Of a stretch of 32,249 nt of DNA, positions 10,456 through 21,914 are shown piece after piece. This DNA comes from Mesotaenium endlicherianum. Taxonomy: Eukaryota. Each line of letters starts with the position of its first letter. Position 1 is the stretch's first letter. A program made the position numbers and the translations under genes. The stretch is from positions 405,237 to 437,485 of the forward strand of contig WELA01000395.1 of NCBI GenBank assembly GCA_009602735.1. The letters are read 5' to 3'. Below the pieces are notes generated by a model. The model saw nothing but the letters and a program-made list of their open reading frames with translations, searched no databases and had not been told where the DNA came from.

Positions 10456-11962
10456 TGTGCACAAGCACCTAGGATTTCCTGCTCACTAAGTCGTGTTGTC
10501 AATAGTTCAGAAGAAATTGGCACTTAATAAGTAAAATACGATGCCAACCTTGACATGATTTGAGTTTCAAATTCATGTAAGAGGGTTGAGTCACAAATAA
10601 ACGATATAGAACAGATGCAAAAGGATCGCGCCAAAGCAGTAGAGAAAGTAAAACATTCCACAAACTCAAATGAGCAACAAAGTCAACCCAAAGTCAAAGA
10701 AACATTTCAAATCTGGTCAAAAAGTGACCAAATATGGGCGAATGTGCAGTTGAATCCAGAAATTGTGCACGAGAGTCAATGCTTGTAGAATGACAGCAAG
10801 TGCAACAATGTCATGGAAAAGACCCTTGGGCAAAAAGCCCTTGTGTCTATGGAAAGATGCGCAAAGTATCCACGAACACAACTGGGGTGGGATGGGTGGG
10901 GAATAGAAAGAAAGCCCTCCTTGGATCCCGTTTGTGTCCAACGGGGCAAAAAGCCCCAAACGATTGCAAAAATTGACTTGAACATGTGCGAGGGGCTGAA
11001 GAAACAATCGTCTTTCACCGTAAAAGTTGACTAGGGTGGACCCGACAGGCTTCCATGAAACCTCGGCTCCTCACCCTGAAAAAGAAACAAGCGGCATTCT
11101 TGAAAACGGGAGAAAAGTTCTTGTGACGAAAGCAGTTCAGCTAGCAAAATTCCGCCAACGCCTAGTTGGCCTGGGGCATTGTTGAGATTGTTATCGTTGC
11201 CAACGAGTGAGCGGCAGCAGCGGTTGCACCAACAGCAGCTGCGTCGACCCCGGGGTAACTTCGGAAAATGGAGAAATTTTTTTCCATTGGATAAGCGACC
11301 GTATATCAAGGCAGTATTAGGATGGAAGACCTCCCCCACAATCTGCCCCAAAAGCAATGACAGGCGACTGTGGCGCAGGGCAGTATTGGGTTGGGTGACC
11401 GTCCCAGTAAGGAATTGCCCCCCAAACTATACTTTCCAACCATTTATAAAAATTTCCGTGGAGAAACCAATATCGGCTTTGATACCAATGTAACGTTCCT
11501 ATTTTTAAGAGGATCTTTTCCTCGATATTCAAGTTATGTTTTAATAGTGGAAAGAAAATAACTATAAGTGTGAAATTGACAAATCCTTGAGAAAGCGAAA
11601 ATAAAAGCTAAAGTAGAATGTGTGCTTGTGAGAGTTGCACTCACAATGACTCTTGCAAGTATTTATACTTGCACGACGTGAGGCACTGGAGTGCTATGAG
11701 TCACCACCGAGGGCAGTGGTCATGTCAACAGAAACAGGCAAATGGATGTGACCCATTCAGCAAAATGCTCAAATGGATGTGACCCTTTCGATTAAATGCT
11801 CAAAATCGTGCCATGTGGCAATTTCGAGACTTTTCGACGATTCTCGAATAATCGTTTCACGCCGAACAGGTGTAGTCATGTCATCGCGTCTTTTTGAAAA
11901 GACGTGACTATTCGCAGAGTCGCGTACACGTGCTTTCGTCATGACCGGGTAGTTATAAAAAC

Positions 11963-12031
11963 CACTTTGCCAATCGGCTAGGGGTGAACGTTTCAAACGA
12001 AGGGTCGCGGGTTCGACTCCGCATCCAAAGT
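11963..12031 (+). other. tRNA-like fragment (SINE head or tRNA pseudogene) with a Pol III B-box
   Basis: T-arm GCGGG-TTCGACT-CCGC with B-box GGTTCGACTCC (12010-12020) and an A-box-like TTGCCAATCGG. ACTTTG/CAAAGT can pair at the ends. The anticodon stem does not pair properly. Confidence 0.5.
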
Positions 12032-12699
12032 CACTTTGCATATTTCGTTTCGTTTGACTTTTCCGACTAAGTTCGGATTAACGAATCGTCGTGAAACCAA
12101 AATTGGTGATAGTGCATTATCCAAAATAATGACAATCAAAATAATTTAATCAATGATTGATTAAATTATCATCTCATAATTAATTAAGGCAACTTTATGA
12201 ATAATTGTGTCGTACTATTGCGAAGTAGTCATCTTACTTTACGACGCTTTTTGCAATAGCATCTTGGTCATTTGGCCAATCGACCAGGAATTAGTCGGCA
12301 CACGCGTGTGGGGATTAATTCATCAAGATGCAATCATTTATCAATTAATATATCGAAAAAATAGTATAACATGTTTTTCATGTAATCGGGAAAACTTTCC
12401 AAATACGCCTAAAAAGCTCAAATCGTTACAATATGGGCTATTGTCTTTAAGTTTTTCATGCATGTGCGCATGCGTTACGAAAAGTTGTGTATCTTATATA
12501 TATTTATGTTTTAAATATAATGAAGCGCAAGTATTGCATTTTTAAGATACTTGTGCCAATACGGTTGGCAATGATGAAGTTGCACTTTAAATGTCATGCA
12601 AGAGGAGACTAACCTCTTTATGATAGGTTACATTTGTGACACTTGACGTATACCAACAGTCTCATGACATCACGTAGGTGTCATCATGATGACATCATC

Positions 12700-13110
12700 A
12701 AGTGTCATTGTACCTCTTGGAACTATAACAATATGTTGATATATATCATATACCGCGCTTTGTATTTATATTTTATGAATGTTTATAGTACAATGTCAAT
12801 AGCCATGACATATATGTATTTTATACATGTACAAATATATATATTTGTACAAACAATATACATACCCATAGCCCGCATATTTACACGTATGTATATACGT
12901 TTACAAAGTATGCATCTACTCAATGCAATTATGCAACTTGTAACATATATATGTATAAGTGTGTATATGTATATATATATATACATACGCACGTATATGT
13001 TCAAATAAGTTATGCATTATTGCGAGACATCAAGTCATAATTTATATAAATACACATATATTTTACTTAATATGCTTGCATGCAATATTGTGACTTGTTA
13101 ACTTGATATG
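12700..13110. repeat. AT-rich low-complexity region with a (TA)n/(TATG) microsatellite core near 12945-13000
   Basis: Runs such as GTATATGTATATATATATATACATACG. Confidence 0.7.
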
Positions 13111-14832
13111 TAATAATACACAAATGCATATTACCACAGGTTACACACCAATGCGAAACATTGAGCTATAACGTATACAAAGATATACATCACTACGCTC
13201 TTGTCACTTGCCAAATAACAAACCAACATATGATACACCCTTATTGTACCACATGCAACAAAAGACCACCATAATTGTAACAATACTTAGCAATTTGATA
13301 AAAGCTAACTATGCGGACCATTACAGACACGCCTAAGTTCCTCTAAAGTGCTTCATCCTGCAGCTGGAAGTAAACTGCTACACTTATTCACCCACTCCTA
13401 TAATCCCCCACGTTTGGAGTTGCAAGGGGTCGGGCACGGGCCTCAATCTTCTACCAACTTGAGGAGAGACACAGGTGATAGAAAATCACAATCGGGTCTG
13501 ACCAGCAAACTACCTGTTGTTGAAGATACTCATATTTGTGTAGACGTGTGAATGGCCACTTGCCTCTTTACCATGCATATGATAGCCATGCACGGTAGTG
13601 TTGTTTTCTCTTGTTTGGTACTCATAAATTGATTGGCAATAATGTGAAGAGACTATCTGGCAAACAACTCCGACACAACACTAGGATCATATTGGCTTTT
13701 GAAGTCACATTTTGTACGATTGCACAATAATTGGCGTTGTTGTTAATCAAGCGTTTTTTAGAATATTGAATAGCCTTGTCTTAACATACTTAGGTAGATA
13801 TAAACGTTAGAAAATAGTAATTAGACTTCGAGAGGATTGGACAAGAGTTGACCTCGTGCATCGTAGCATATTACTACTCTTACTATTCTTTCTAGTATCA
13901 GCTTCACTTTCGAAATCAGGCAATGTGAACACAAATCGTCAAGTGCTTTCTTCTATTCTTTTTTGCGCTCATGTGTTAGCAGTGGATTACACTTATGTTT
14001 AAGCATGGTTAGACAAAGCTGTAAATGTTGTATTTTCAAATCATTGAGTGGTCACTAATTGCTGTCAAGCAAATGTTCATGCTCAATGGTCAAGATGCAT
14101 TAAAAAGACTATGGTTGTACTGAGCTTGCATCAATGAATCACGATGAAGAAAACGAGATCGCAAAGCACCACGAGATAGACTAAATGGAAAAACTATCTG
14201 CAACGATATCACTATTGGAGATCATTGGAGATAAAAGTATACATACTTGGGTGAACCTGCTATATGACACACTAGTTTCAAGATTTTGCGTGTTTTTGAC
14301 ATTCTAAATAGTACATGAGTCCTCAAGTGGATGATATTGGAAGAAGTTGTAGTTGTACTCAAAACGAAATTACAATCATTCACATGTTTGGTAAGTGTTG
14401 CACACAAAGGGCACTAGGTGCATCTGAACAAGTGCAGAACTTGTTGCCACTTTTTCCGTCAACTGTTCTAGTGTACATTTGAGGTGAAAGCTGCTAACAT
14501 CAGACTAAATCTTTTGTCTACCTTGCAAGAACCAACCAAAAAACAAACATGTCGAAAGACAAAACTAGATTGGTAACGTCCATAAGAAGAATATTTCACC
14601 AACCCTGCCCATTATTTGTAAGCTCTTGAGGAAAAAATACAAGTAATTAACATGGAGTCAAGCAACCAACCTTCCACCAGTTGAGTAACCCTATGCAATC
14701 CAAAGTTGCTTATTGTAGAACTTCCCACAAAGATGCTGAAAACATACTGTGGATGCGATCAGTAAATGATCAAAAAACAATGGCTTCTACTGATGCTTGA
14801 AGCTGACACGCTCCAGCTACCCCACCCTTACT

Positions 14833-15021
14833 CTAACCCCTCCGACGCCTGACTTCGTTAGGATCCGAGGGACATTGTGCCGCCACATGTCCACGACCAC
14901 TGCAGATGTTGCAGACAATCGGCTTTGTACAGTCGCGAGCAAAGTGACCTGGCTGCTTGCAATTGCGACAGACGTCATCATATCCACCGCCGCCTCCCCC
15001 ATTGGCCTGGTAGGCCTGAAT
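14833..15021 (-). CDS. Zinc-knuckle gene exon 5 (last coding exon)
   Basis: Two knuckles, then PSDPNEVRRRRG and TAG at 14835-14833. The exon could start at 15021, 15015 or 15006 (all in frame). Confidence 0.85.
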   Translation of the reverse strand: MQAYQANGGGGGGYDDVCRNCKQPGHFARDCTKPIVCNICSGRGHVAAQCPSDPNEVRRRRG

Positions 15022-18000
15022 CTGGTCCACACGTATAAAGGAGGGAAACACAAAGTCCCAAGATGGACCATAAAGGAGAGAAGAGAACAAGAGCAACAAC
15101 AACAACGAGAAATCCAACGGTAAGAACATTGCACAACAGATCTGAAAACAGACAACCAAGCGGCTGCCACAACAAGTATAGGCATATGTGAACGAAAGAG
15201 GGTGCAAATTTCCACAAAAAAACCTGTTTTCAAATCCCAGTAAAGTCCCAGTAGAATCCCAGCATATACACTGCTTCCAAGCAAAAATCTACATTTGAAA
15301 ATGACTGAGAGTTACTGGACTCGTATTTGCAATCATAAAAGGACTTGCAACAAGATGTTTTGCAGAATGACCAGTACAATTTCGCGCATTCAAAATTTGT
15401 CTGAGCAACTAGAAACCGGCAGACGGGACAACCAAAAAAGCAAGAAAGCGATCCATGGCCTGCATCAGTGAAGGTACCGAGAGACACGACTCTTTTTCCA
15501 AGGAACACAAGACAAGCAAAACTGGTCTGAGCTTGAACCCAGAGTAAATCACTTTGAATTGACTGCGCCAGGATCCATTCTTTCCTCTCAGACAGCTCAG
15601 GCCAGCGTGGAGAAAGTGAAGATGATTGACTGACAGGAGACTAATGATAGGGACACAGGTACGACACACAGCAAGGGAACACGAGGCACAAAGAATCCTC
15701 CATGCAGAATGTCCGGCAGCGCCCTCGAAAACCTAACTGGGAGTCGACGTGGACGTGCCAGGACATACCTGCGGGACGCCACGAATGCCACCTCCACCAG
15801 AGGGGCAGTTCCTGGCAAAATGACCTGGCAGCCCACACGCGTGACAGGTGGTACCAATGCCCCCGCCGCCGCTGTAGCCCCCGCCATATGCTCCGATTGA
15901 TGCACCCGCACCTGGACAGGCCCGGGAGATGTGGCCAGATGCGCCGCACGTGTTGCACACGGGCTCGTTGGGGCAGCTCTTGGCCTGGTGGCCCACGCGG
16001 CGGCAGTTGTTGCACACCTGCTCGTTGCGGCACTCGGCAGCGATGTGGCCCGGCTTGAAGCAGTTGTTGCACAGCTGGCAAGTGCCAGGCAGGCGGGCGG
16101 CACAGAAGAGCAAGGATGGCGGACAGGAGGAGGTAAGTGAGGATGAACATAATGAGGGAGGGCGGGAGAGGGAGGGAGCGACGAGGCCCAGGACAAGAGC
16201 AGGAGAATCGGAAAGAGCGAGCCTTCATTGTTGACTTTACACTGATTAAACAGATCAAAGAGAGGGCCACCTACACGATACAGGAGGGGCAGGGTGGCGC
16301 CGACACCTTGAAGCGTTATCTAAAAGTTGCACACCTACACCAGTCGAGTGCCCGAGACGATGCCACATGTATGCAAAGCGCATGCAGAGTGCAAGGGAGG
16401 TGGAGATTCTAGCACCACACAGCACATGCAGTTCAAATGACGCCAGGGTGAACTCAGAACCACGTCCTCGTACTGACAGCGAAGAAAGAATGGTTGGGAA
16501 AGTGTTCATTGATTGTTCTGAGCACTGGACCCTGAACCAATGCCCAGGCTCATTCGGAAATACACATTTGACACATACAAGACAAGGTAAAGGTTGGCAA
16601 ATTCCAATCAACCTGCGCACGGGGAATGATGGCAGACGGAATCGTGGCGGAGCGCATGGTGTTGCACTCGACGGCTATGTGGCCAGCCTGTCCGCACACG
16701 TGGCACACAGGGTCGTTGGGGCAGCTGCTTGCCACATGTCCTGACTGCTTGCAGTTCAGGCACATGACGCTGTTCTCGCAAGATGACGCCAGGTGGCTGC
16801 AGCAGAGGAACACAAATGACAGCGCGAAAGGTCGCAGCTAGTGAGTGCCAGAGCAGACGAATGAAAAAGAAATCGGTTGAAAGAGTCTTCTAAGGGACAT
16901 TAAGAAATGGAATGATGAACTGAAAGGTAAAGTGAGCATGGAACCATTTTGTTAGCAACCAACCTTCATAGCAATATTTGCCGTAATTGAAAAACTTCAT
17001 GGTCGTTACAGTGGCAACTACAAGGATCAAATCGTACTGCATGTCTTTAGTAGCCAGCAAACTCAAGCATCACGTGTGATGTACAGGACGGGCACATACA
17101 TCAGTCATCACACCAACACATATCAGTGCCTGCGTCTGCAAGCCCCAAAGAAACTTTGGCAAAATTTATGCTCAAGATTTACCCAGGCAAGCCGCAGTTG
17201 TTGCACACGGCCTCATTGGTGCAGTTCCTCGCGATGTGCCCCGCCCGCTTGCAGTTGTTGCACACATCTCCCCCCCATCCTCTGATGCCACCACGCAGAA
17301 TCGTCCCCAGCATGCCCCACGCCCTCCCCTCATCAACATCCTCTTCCCTCCAAGTGAAGCTTCCATTGAAGAAGCTTATCAACCTCCATAGCTCCTTTAT
17401 TCTGTCACCACCACATTCTGCCCTTTGCCTGCATCCGCCATAACTCCCCTCTCCCCTCCTCCCCTTCCCTATTCTTCTTTCCGTTCTCTCTTGTAACCTT
17501 CATTTCTTCTTCACTCCAAAAGCAACAAAAGAGTACCTCCTTACAAACCTCCACTTGGTCTCCCCCGCCCCCCTTGTTGCCTCCTCCCCTTCTTCCATTG
17601 TCACATCCCCCATCCCCTCATACCATCCTCTCCAAGGGCAAAATTCACCATCTCCTTTTGTTGGACACACCACAAAGATCTTCATTTCCTGTCTCCTTTG
17701 AATGGCAATCTGCAAATACTTCAAAGCAACCACATCCATCTCTTGACACTAGTCATGAAGACTCTTGTCAACCCTCCCTGCGATGACCAAAATAACACAT
17801 CTCCACCCTCATCTGTTCAATAACAGCAGGCAGATGTAGTTCCGCTCAGAGAAGCTTCATCGCCATGCAGCTTCCTTCTGGTGGGAAGGGAAAGAGCCTT
17901 CTTGTGGTCATAAGGTTCCGACAAGAAATACAGCACATTTCCATCCCAATCTCCACAAACCCCTTCAGCAGGCCCAAACAACATGCGCCTTCAAAACTGT

Positions 18001-19022
18001 CTTCTTCCCTCCTCCCTTCCTACACACCTCCACAATTGAGACCGCTGGCCACTATCTGCTAACCACTGTCATATGGCTCGAAATAACACCTGGGTTCAAC
18101 TATAATGCTGGGTTGCAGCAGCTAGTAGCCACCACAAGGACCTGAAGAAGTCATAAATAGTATAAACTTCAGTCCACGAGCTCAGCTCAGTGACCAGTCA
18201 GAGTCTTAGCTCTGCAAACCCTACACTTGTCAGAAGCAGGACAAGCTCTTCATATATACTGCAACAAATCCAGCCTCCACCATAAAAACTGGTCTTTGCA
18301 TGTGACACAAACTAACGTGGTTCACGTCAAATATGGCAGCAACTAACGCAAGCAACTTGCAGAATAATCCTACCAAGTCGAGTATCTTTGCCGCCCTGTT
18401 CCATCATACTCACAAACATTGGAAGCAATTAATAGTTCCCTAGATATAATATCTATCGCTTCCGCTGACATCAACGCTGAGAGCAAAACTTCACAGCTTA
18501 AAACATCACTGCCGTTTTACAGCAGTCAAGTCAATGTCCAGCTCCCGTTTTCATAAAAAATATGCTTCGTACTTACTATATGCCTTTGACATGCATGCAC
18601 AAACCAACTTTACAAAAAAACTGAGGTTTCACGGTATAGAAGAGCCACCAAAAAAGTCCAGACTCAGCCCTCTGAGCCCTAGTATAGTAAGTAATGGCAG
18701 CCTATATATGGCCTGCAGGAGTATTCATCCCGGCCAAGACACAATACGACACCAACATGACCAACAAAAATCTGTAAGTCCGAGACTCTTATGCTACGAA
18801 GTGCTCAACGAACCTGTTGTATGCACGAGAACCTCCTCCAGAATATCCATTTCCATTGTCAGCATACGCGTCACTCCGCGAAGAGTAGGGGGAAGGCCTC
18901 CTATATGCCCTTCTTTCACCTACACCCCCAGAACGCCGATCTCCTCCACTGGACCGACGATCTCTGCTACTGCGGGCAGCAAGGTCGTCTAAGCTCATGT
19001 TCAATTTTGCCTCTGTATCCAT
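14833..19022 (-). CDS. GIS2/CNBP-like CCHC zinc-knuckle nucleic-acid-binding protein, 10 knuckles, ~328 aa; join(19022-18814,17281-17183,16796-16613,16074-15769,15021-14833)
   Basis: Five exons with GT-AG boundaries join in frame (phases 2,2,0,0). They encode ten C-x2-C-x4-H-x4-C motifs, e.g. CNNCKRAGHIARNC, CNNCGLPG|HLASSC, CNNCFKPGHIAAEC, CNICSGRGHVAAQC. The knuckle order resembles plant GIS2-like proteins such as Arabidopsis At1g75560 (recalled, not searched). Confidence 0.9.
15769..16074 (-). CDS. Zinc-knuckle gene exon 4
   Basis: Pyrimidine-rich acceptor GCCAG|CTG; four knuckles; donor CAG|GTATGT. Confidence 0.9.
16613..16796 (-). CDS. Zinc-knuckle gene exon 3
   Basis: Acceptor CTGCAG|C; HLASSCENSVMCLNCKQSGHVASSCPNDPVCHVCGQAGHIAVEC...PRAQ; donor CAG|GTTGAT. 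Confidence 0.9.
17183..17281 (-). CDS. Zinc-knuckle gene exon 2
   Basis: Acceptor CATCAG|A; GWGGDVCNNCKRAGHIARNCTNEAVCNNCGLPG; donor GG|GTAAAT. Confidence 0.85.
18814..19022 (-). CDS. Zinc-knuckle gene exon 1 (ALY/REF-like N-terminus)
   Basis: MDTEAKLNMSLDDLAARSSRDRR...RRPSPYSSR...AYNR. Donor CAG|GTTCGT, phase 2, in frame with exon 2. Confidence 0.75.
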
Positions 19023-21082
19023 CTCAGCAATATTCTAATCTGAGTACAAAAACTACAAGTGAAATTCAATGTGTATTGCGTTTACCGAGAGCCCGTAGAC
19101 GAGATTAGGACGAAGTCTATTTGCTTACAGAAAGTGAAATAACCAGACTGGCATGGGCGCTTAACTTTAGTACATGGAAGGCAGTACCACACTGATTACT
19201 TCCACAACGTCCTCTGCGAGTAGAGCCCGGTAACGAGAGTGAGGTTGGTAATACGCGGGGTGGCTAAAAACGACCACTAGCAAGCCCGTTAGAGGATTTC
19301 AACCAATTTCAACGAGGCTTTTAGTGCTGTTTTAGTGCGTATATGAAGGATTATCAAGTACATTGAGAAAGTACAAGTGAGTACCCCTTAAACCCTGCAC
19401 CTGCAGGCGGTTGGAGTGCGTTGGCATTTGCAGCAAGTTTTTCGTACGATGTCATGGACGGGACGGGAGGTTCGCAGGCATGTTCGCAGGTGGAACCAGG
19501 TTTTACTGGACGTTATTCTACCATCTTCTACAACAGTTCTACAAGCATGCAATAACGTGCAGTACGAGCGTTGACGTGGTTGTCGAGAATCTGGCATTGG
19601 GGAGTCAGACAGTCGGGACTGGTCGGGACTCGGGACTCAGCTGAAATGCGACTACTCGCGAATCGCGATCACTTGCAAAATTTGTATGTTGATTACTGAG
19701 ACCACACGTCACGAAAACAGAGAGCATATGCATGTGTAGGGGCCAGGGCTCGTTTTTGCGTGTATTTGATATACATATTTTAATAATACCAACTATGAAA
19801 AGCTTGGTGGAATGGGAAGGTGAAATATGCGAAAGCAGCTAGGGCGTCAAGACTTGCCCTGAAGAGCATCTGGAGTATCTCCGTGGCAACTTTTTAAACT
19901 CACCACATGCAGGATTCCTTGCTTTCCTCCTGTTGTGTAGCTCTCCGAGCACTACAGACCATGATCCACTGCTCTTTCCATGTACTTTACCGTGCGCTCT
20001 GCAACTAAGGTTCCTCAGGGGTATCTGTTGGTCCTTTTCTGTCTGTGACTTGGTGGAACTATCGTATCTGGAGTTTGGGGAGACAGAACTTTGATATTGG
20101 CTGTAGAAAGTTGCTACTTGGTAGGTATTATTGAACTGGTAGTAAGAGCGGGCGAGGACGCGGTACATCGATATATAAGTTTGAAATTGGCCCTGGTTGG
20201 CTTCACAACTGTACAGGACTAGCAATTAGAGTAGGTGGACTGGAAAGCAGACCCGGACACTTTGAGCTTCTGTGGATGCTCTCCGCCCTGGAAGGTATGA
20301 ACATGGAGTTTAAAGGCCCTGAAATGAGTGCGGTTCCATATTGAGATTTTCGGGGGACAATTTGTGCTTCTCTATACTAATATACACCTTATGCGACCTC
20401 TACTATCTTCATATCAGCCTGGAATTATGTCATTATCTCTTGTTGTAGATGCTGTGTCTCGTTTGACGATTTTTTGTATCAAGCTGCAGGTCGCATAAAT
20501 CTGAGAGTAAGAGATTGGGATGTCTGCTGTCTTATTTCTTAAGGGGATGAACAGCATAGGAACGATAGCATGGTTTCTTATCTGGCAGAGATTTGACAGC
20601 TTGGTGTTATGCCCTAAATGTGGTTTACAAATTTTATTCGTGACATCGTGACATAGTAGACCCTTTTGTCAGTTGGGTGGAACTAGTGGCGTTAATGGGA
20701 CTCAAGTCTGATGATCTGACGATGGAGTGTAGGGTAAGAATTGGATGTATTGCTTGATGCATGCATATACATGTGCTATGACCATACGCCAGGGCTAATA
20801 CACCACAAATCCATAATTTGTTGGCATGTTAGTGCAATTAGCGAGTTTGTTGTGGATGGCCAGAGGCTCTTGGATTGGCATGCACAAGTAGTTACTGGTC
20901 TATGTTCTATGTTAAGATTGCAGGAAGCTTGTTCTTTCCTGGTCGTTTCTGCCATGTCTTTTGAATGCAGAATGGTTGGCCACAGATTGGGCAAACTTCC
21001 CTTTTCAACCCTGTGTGTAAAGTGTCGGCCTCCACCTAAACTTTGAGGGCGTCTTTTTGCTATCGTCATCTATATTCTGCAG

Positions 21083-21309
21083 GAAGGCCTGGTGGTTTTT
21101 GTTTCGCGCCAGCCACGGCTGTGGGGTTCTCCAAGAGGGCCAGCTTTGACAGCCCCCTGTGGAATCAGGGGTGTACTGTAGAGGGTAGGTGGGGACAAGT
21201 TACAAGCAAGGCAGGAGCATCTGGTGAAAGATTTGCTTCACTTCAGCAACTTCTGCTTTGCTTGCAGTCCCTGCCCACCTCTTGAAGTGCACCCCAAAAG
21301 CATACCAAG
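21083..21309 (+). other. Probable 5' UTR exon of the C3HC4 RING gene
   Basis: Bounded by acceptor TTCTGCAG| and donor AAG|GTATGT, with no ATG-initiated frame. A further upstream donor AAG|GTATGA lies at ~20293. Confidence 0.45.
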
Positions 21310-21914
21310 GTATGTCTGGATTCTAGCACACGTTATAGTGGGATTAAGGATGGTGTATGCCTGAGGGTGCACCATGTTTGCATTTCTAGTGAGTGCGCAG
21401 GTGTCGTGTGTATGTTGGATGCTCTGTCTTGCATTTTTCAGTCAGATCATTGTGCAACTAGGTTTCTGCTTGTGGATTGAAGTTTTAATGTCTCCATCCT
21501 TGAAAGTGTTTTTTTGTCAGTCTACTTGTGTATCTTTATGATTGATGTTGGCCTTATGCGCGCTCAGGAGTTAGATTCTCATGTCCCAGATGAGGTGTAG
21601 TTTGTTGAGAAATTTGCATTCAGAGCACTGCTCTGTGGTGGCTGCCTTCACTTGTGCTGCTCGTCTCGGGTGTAACTATGCCAGGCTATTAGGCTTTTTC
21701 TGACTGCTCTTCTGACTGCAATAAGAAGTGTGGTGTTGCTTAATGTTGAGGAGTTTAATGTGTCCTTCGTAGAGTTGAAGGCGTTACGCAGCCGGCCATG
21801 TGTCACATTTGTACCTCAAGGAGGAGGCCTGGTTTTTGCTCGGCTTGTCCTGATCTCTTCCAGTATGTCAGCTTTTTAAGGTCATTGGATGTGGAAGAGC
21901 TTTAAGGTGGCAGG

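Noticed and set aside
10717..11561. Short ORFs that might be a transposase remnant
   Set aside because: No recognisable catalytic or zinc-finger motif; probably TE-derived non-coding DNA, but I cannot classify it.
11963..12031. Selenocysteine or opal-suppressor tRNA (TCA in the middle loop)
   Set aside because: The anticodon stem does not pair, there is no long variable arm, and the acceptor/D-arm geometry is wrong.
12207..13008. Tyr/Ile-rich ORFs
   Set aside because: Artefacts of AT-rich microsatellite-like sequence.
19393..19741. Possible MITE with 11/13 inverted ends (CCCTGCACCTGCA / TGCATGTGTAGGG)
   Set aside because: No target-site duplication; the match is short enough to be chance.
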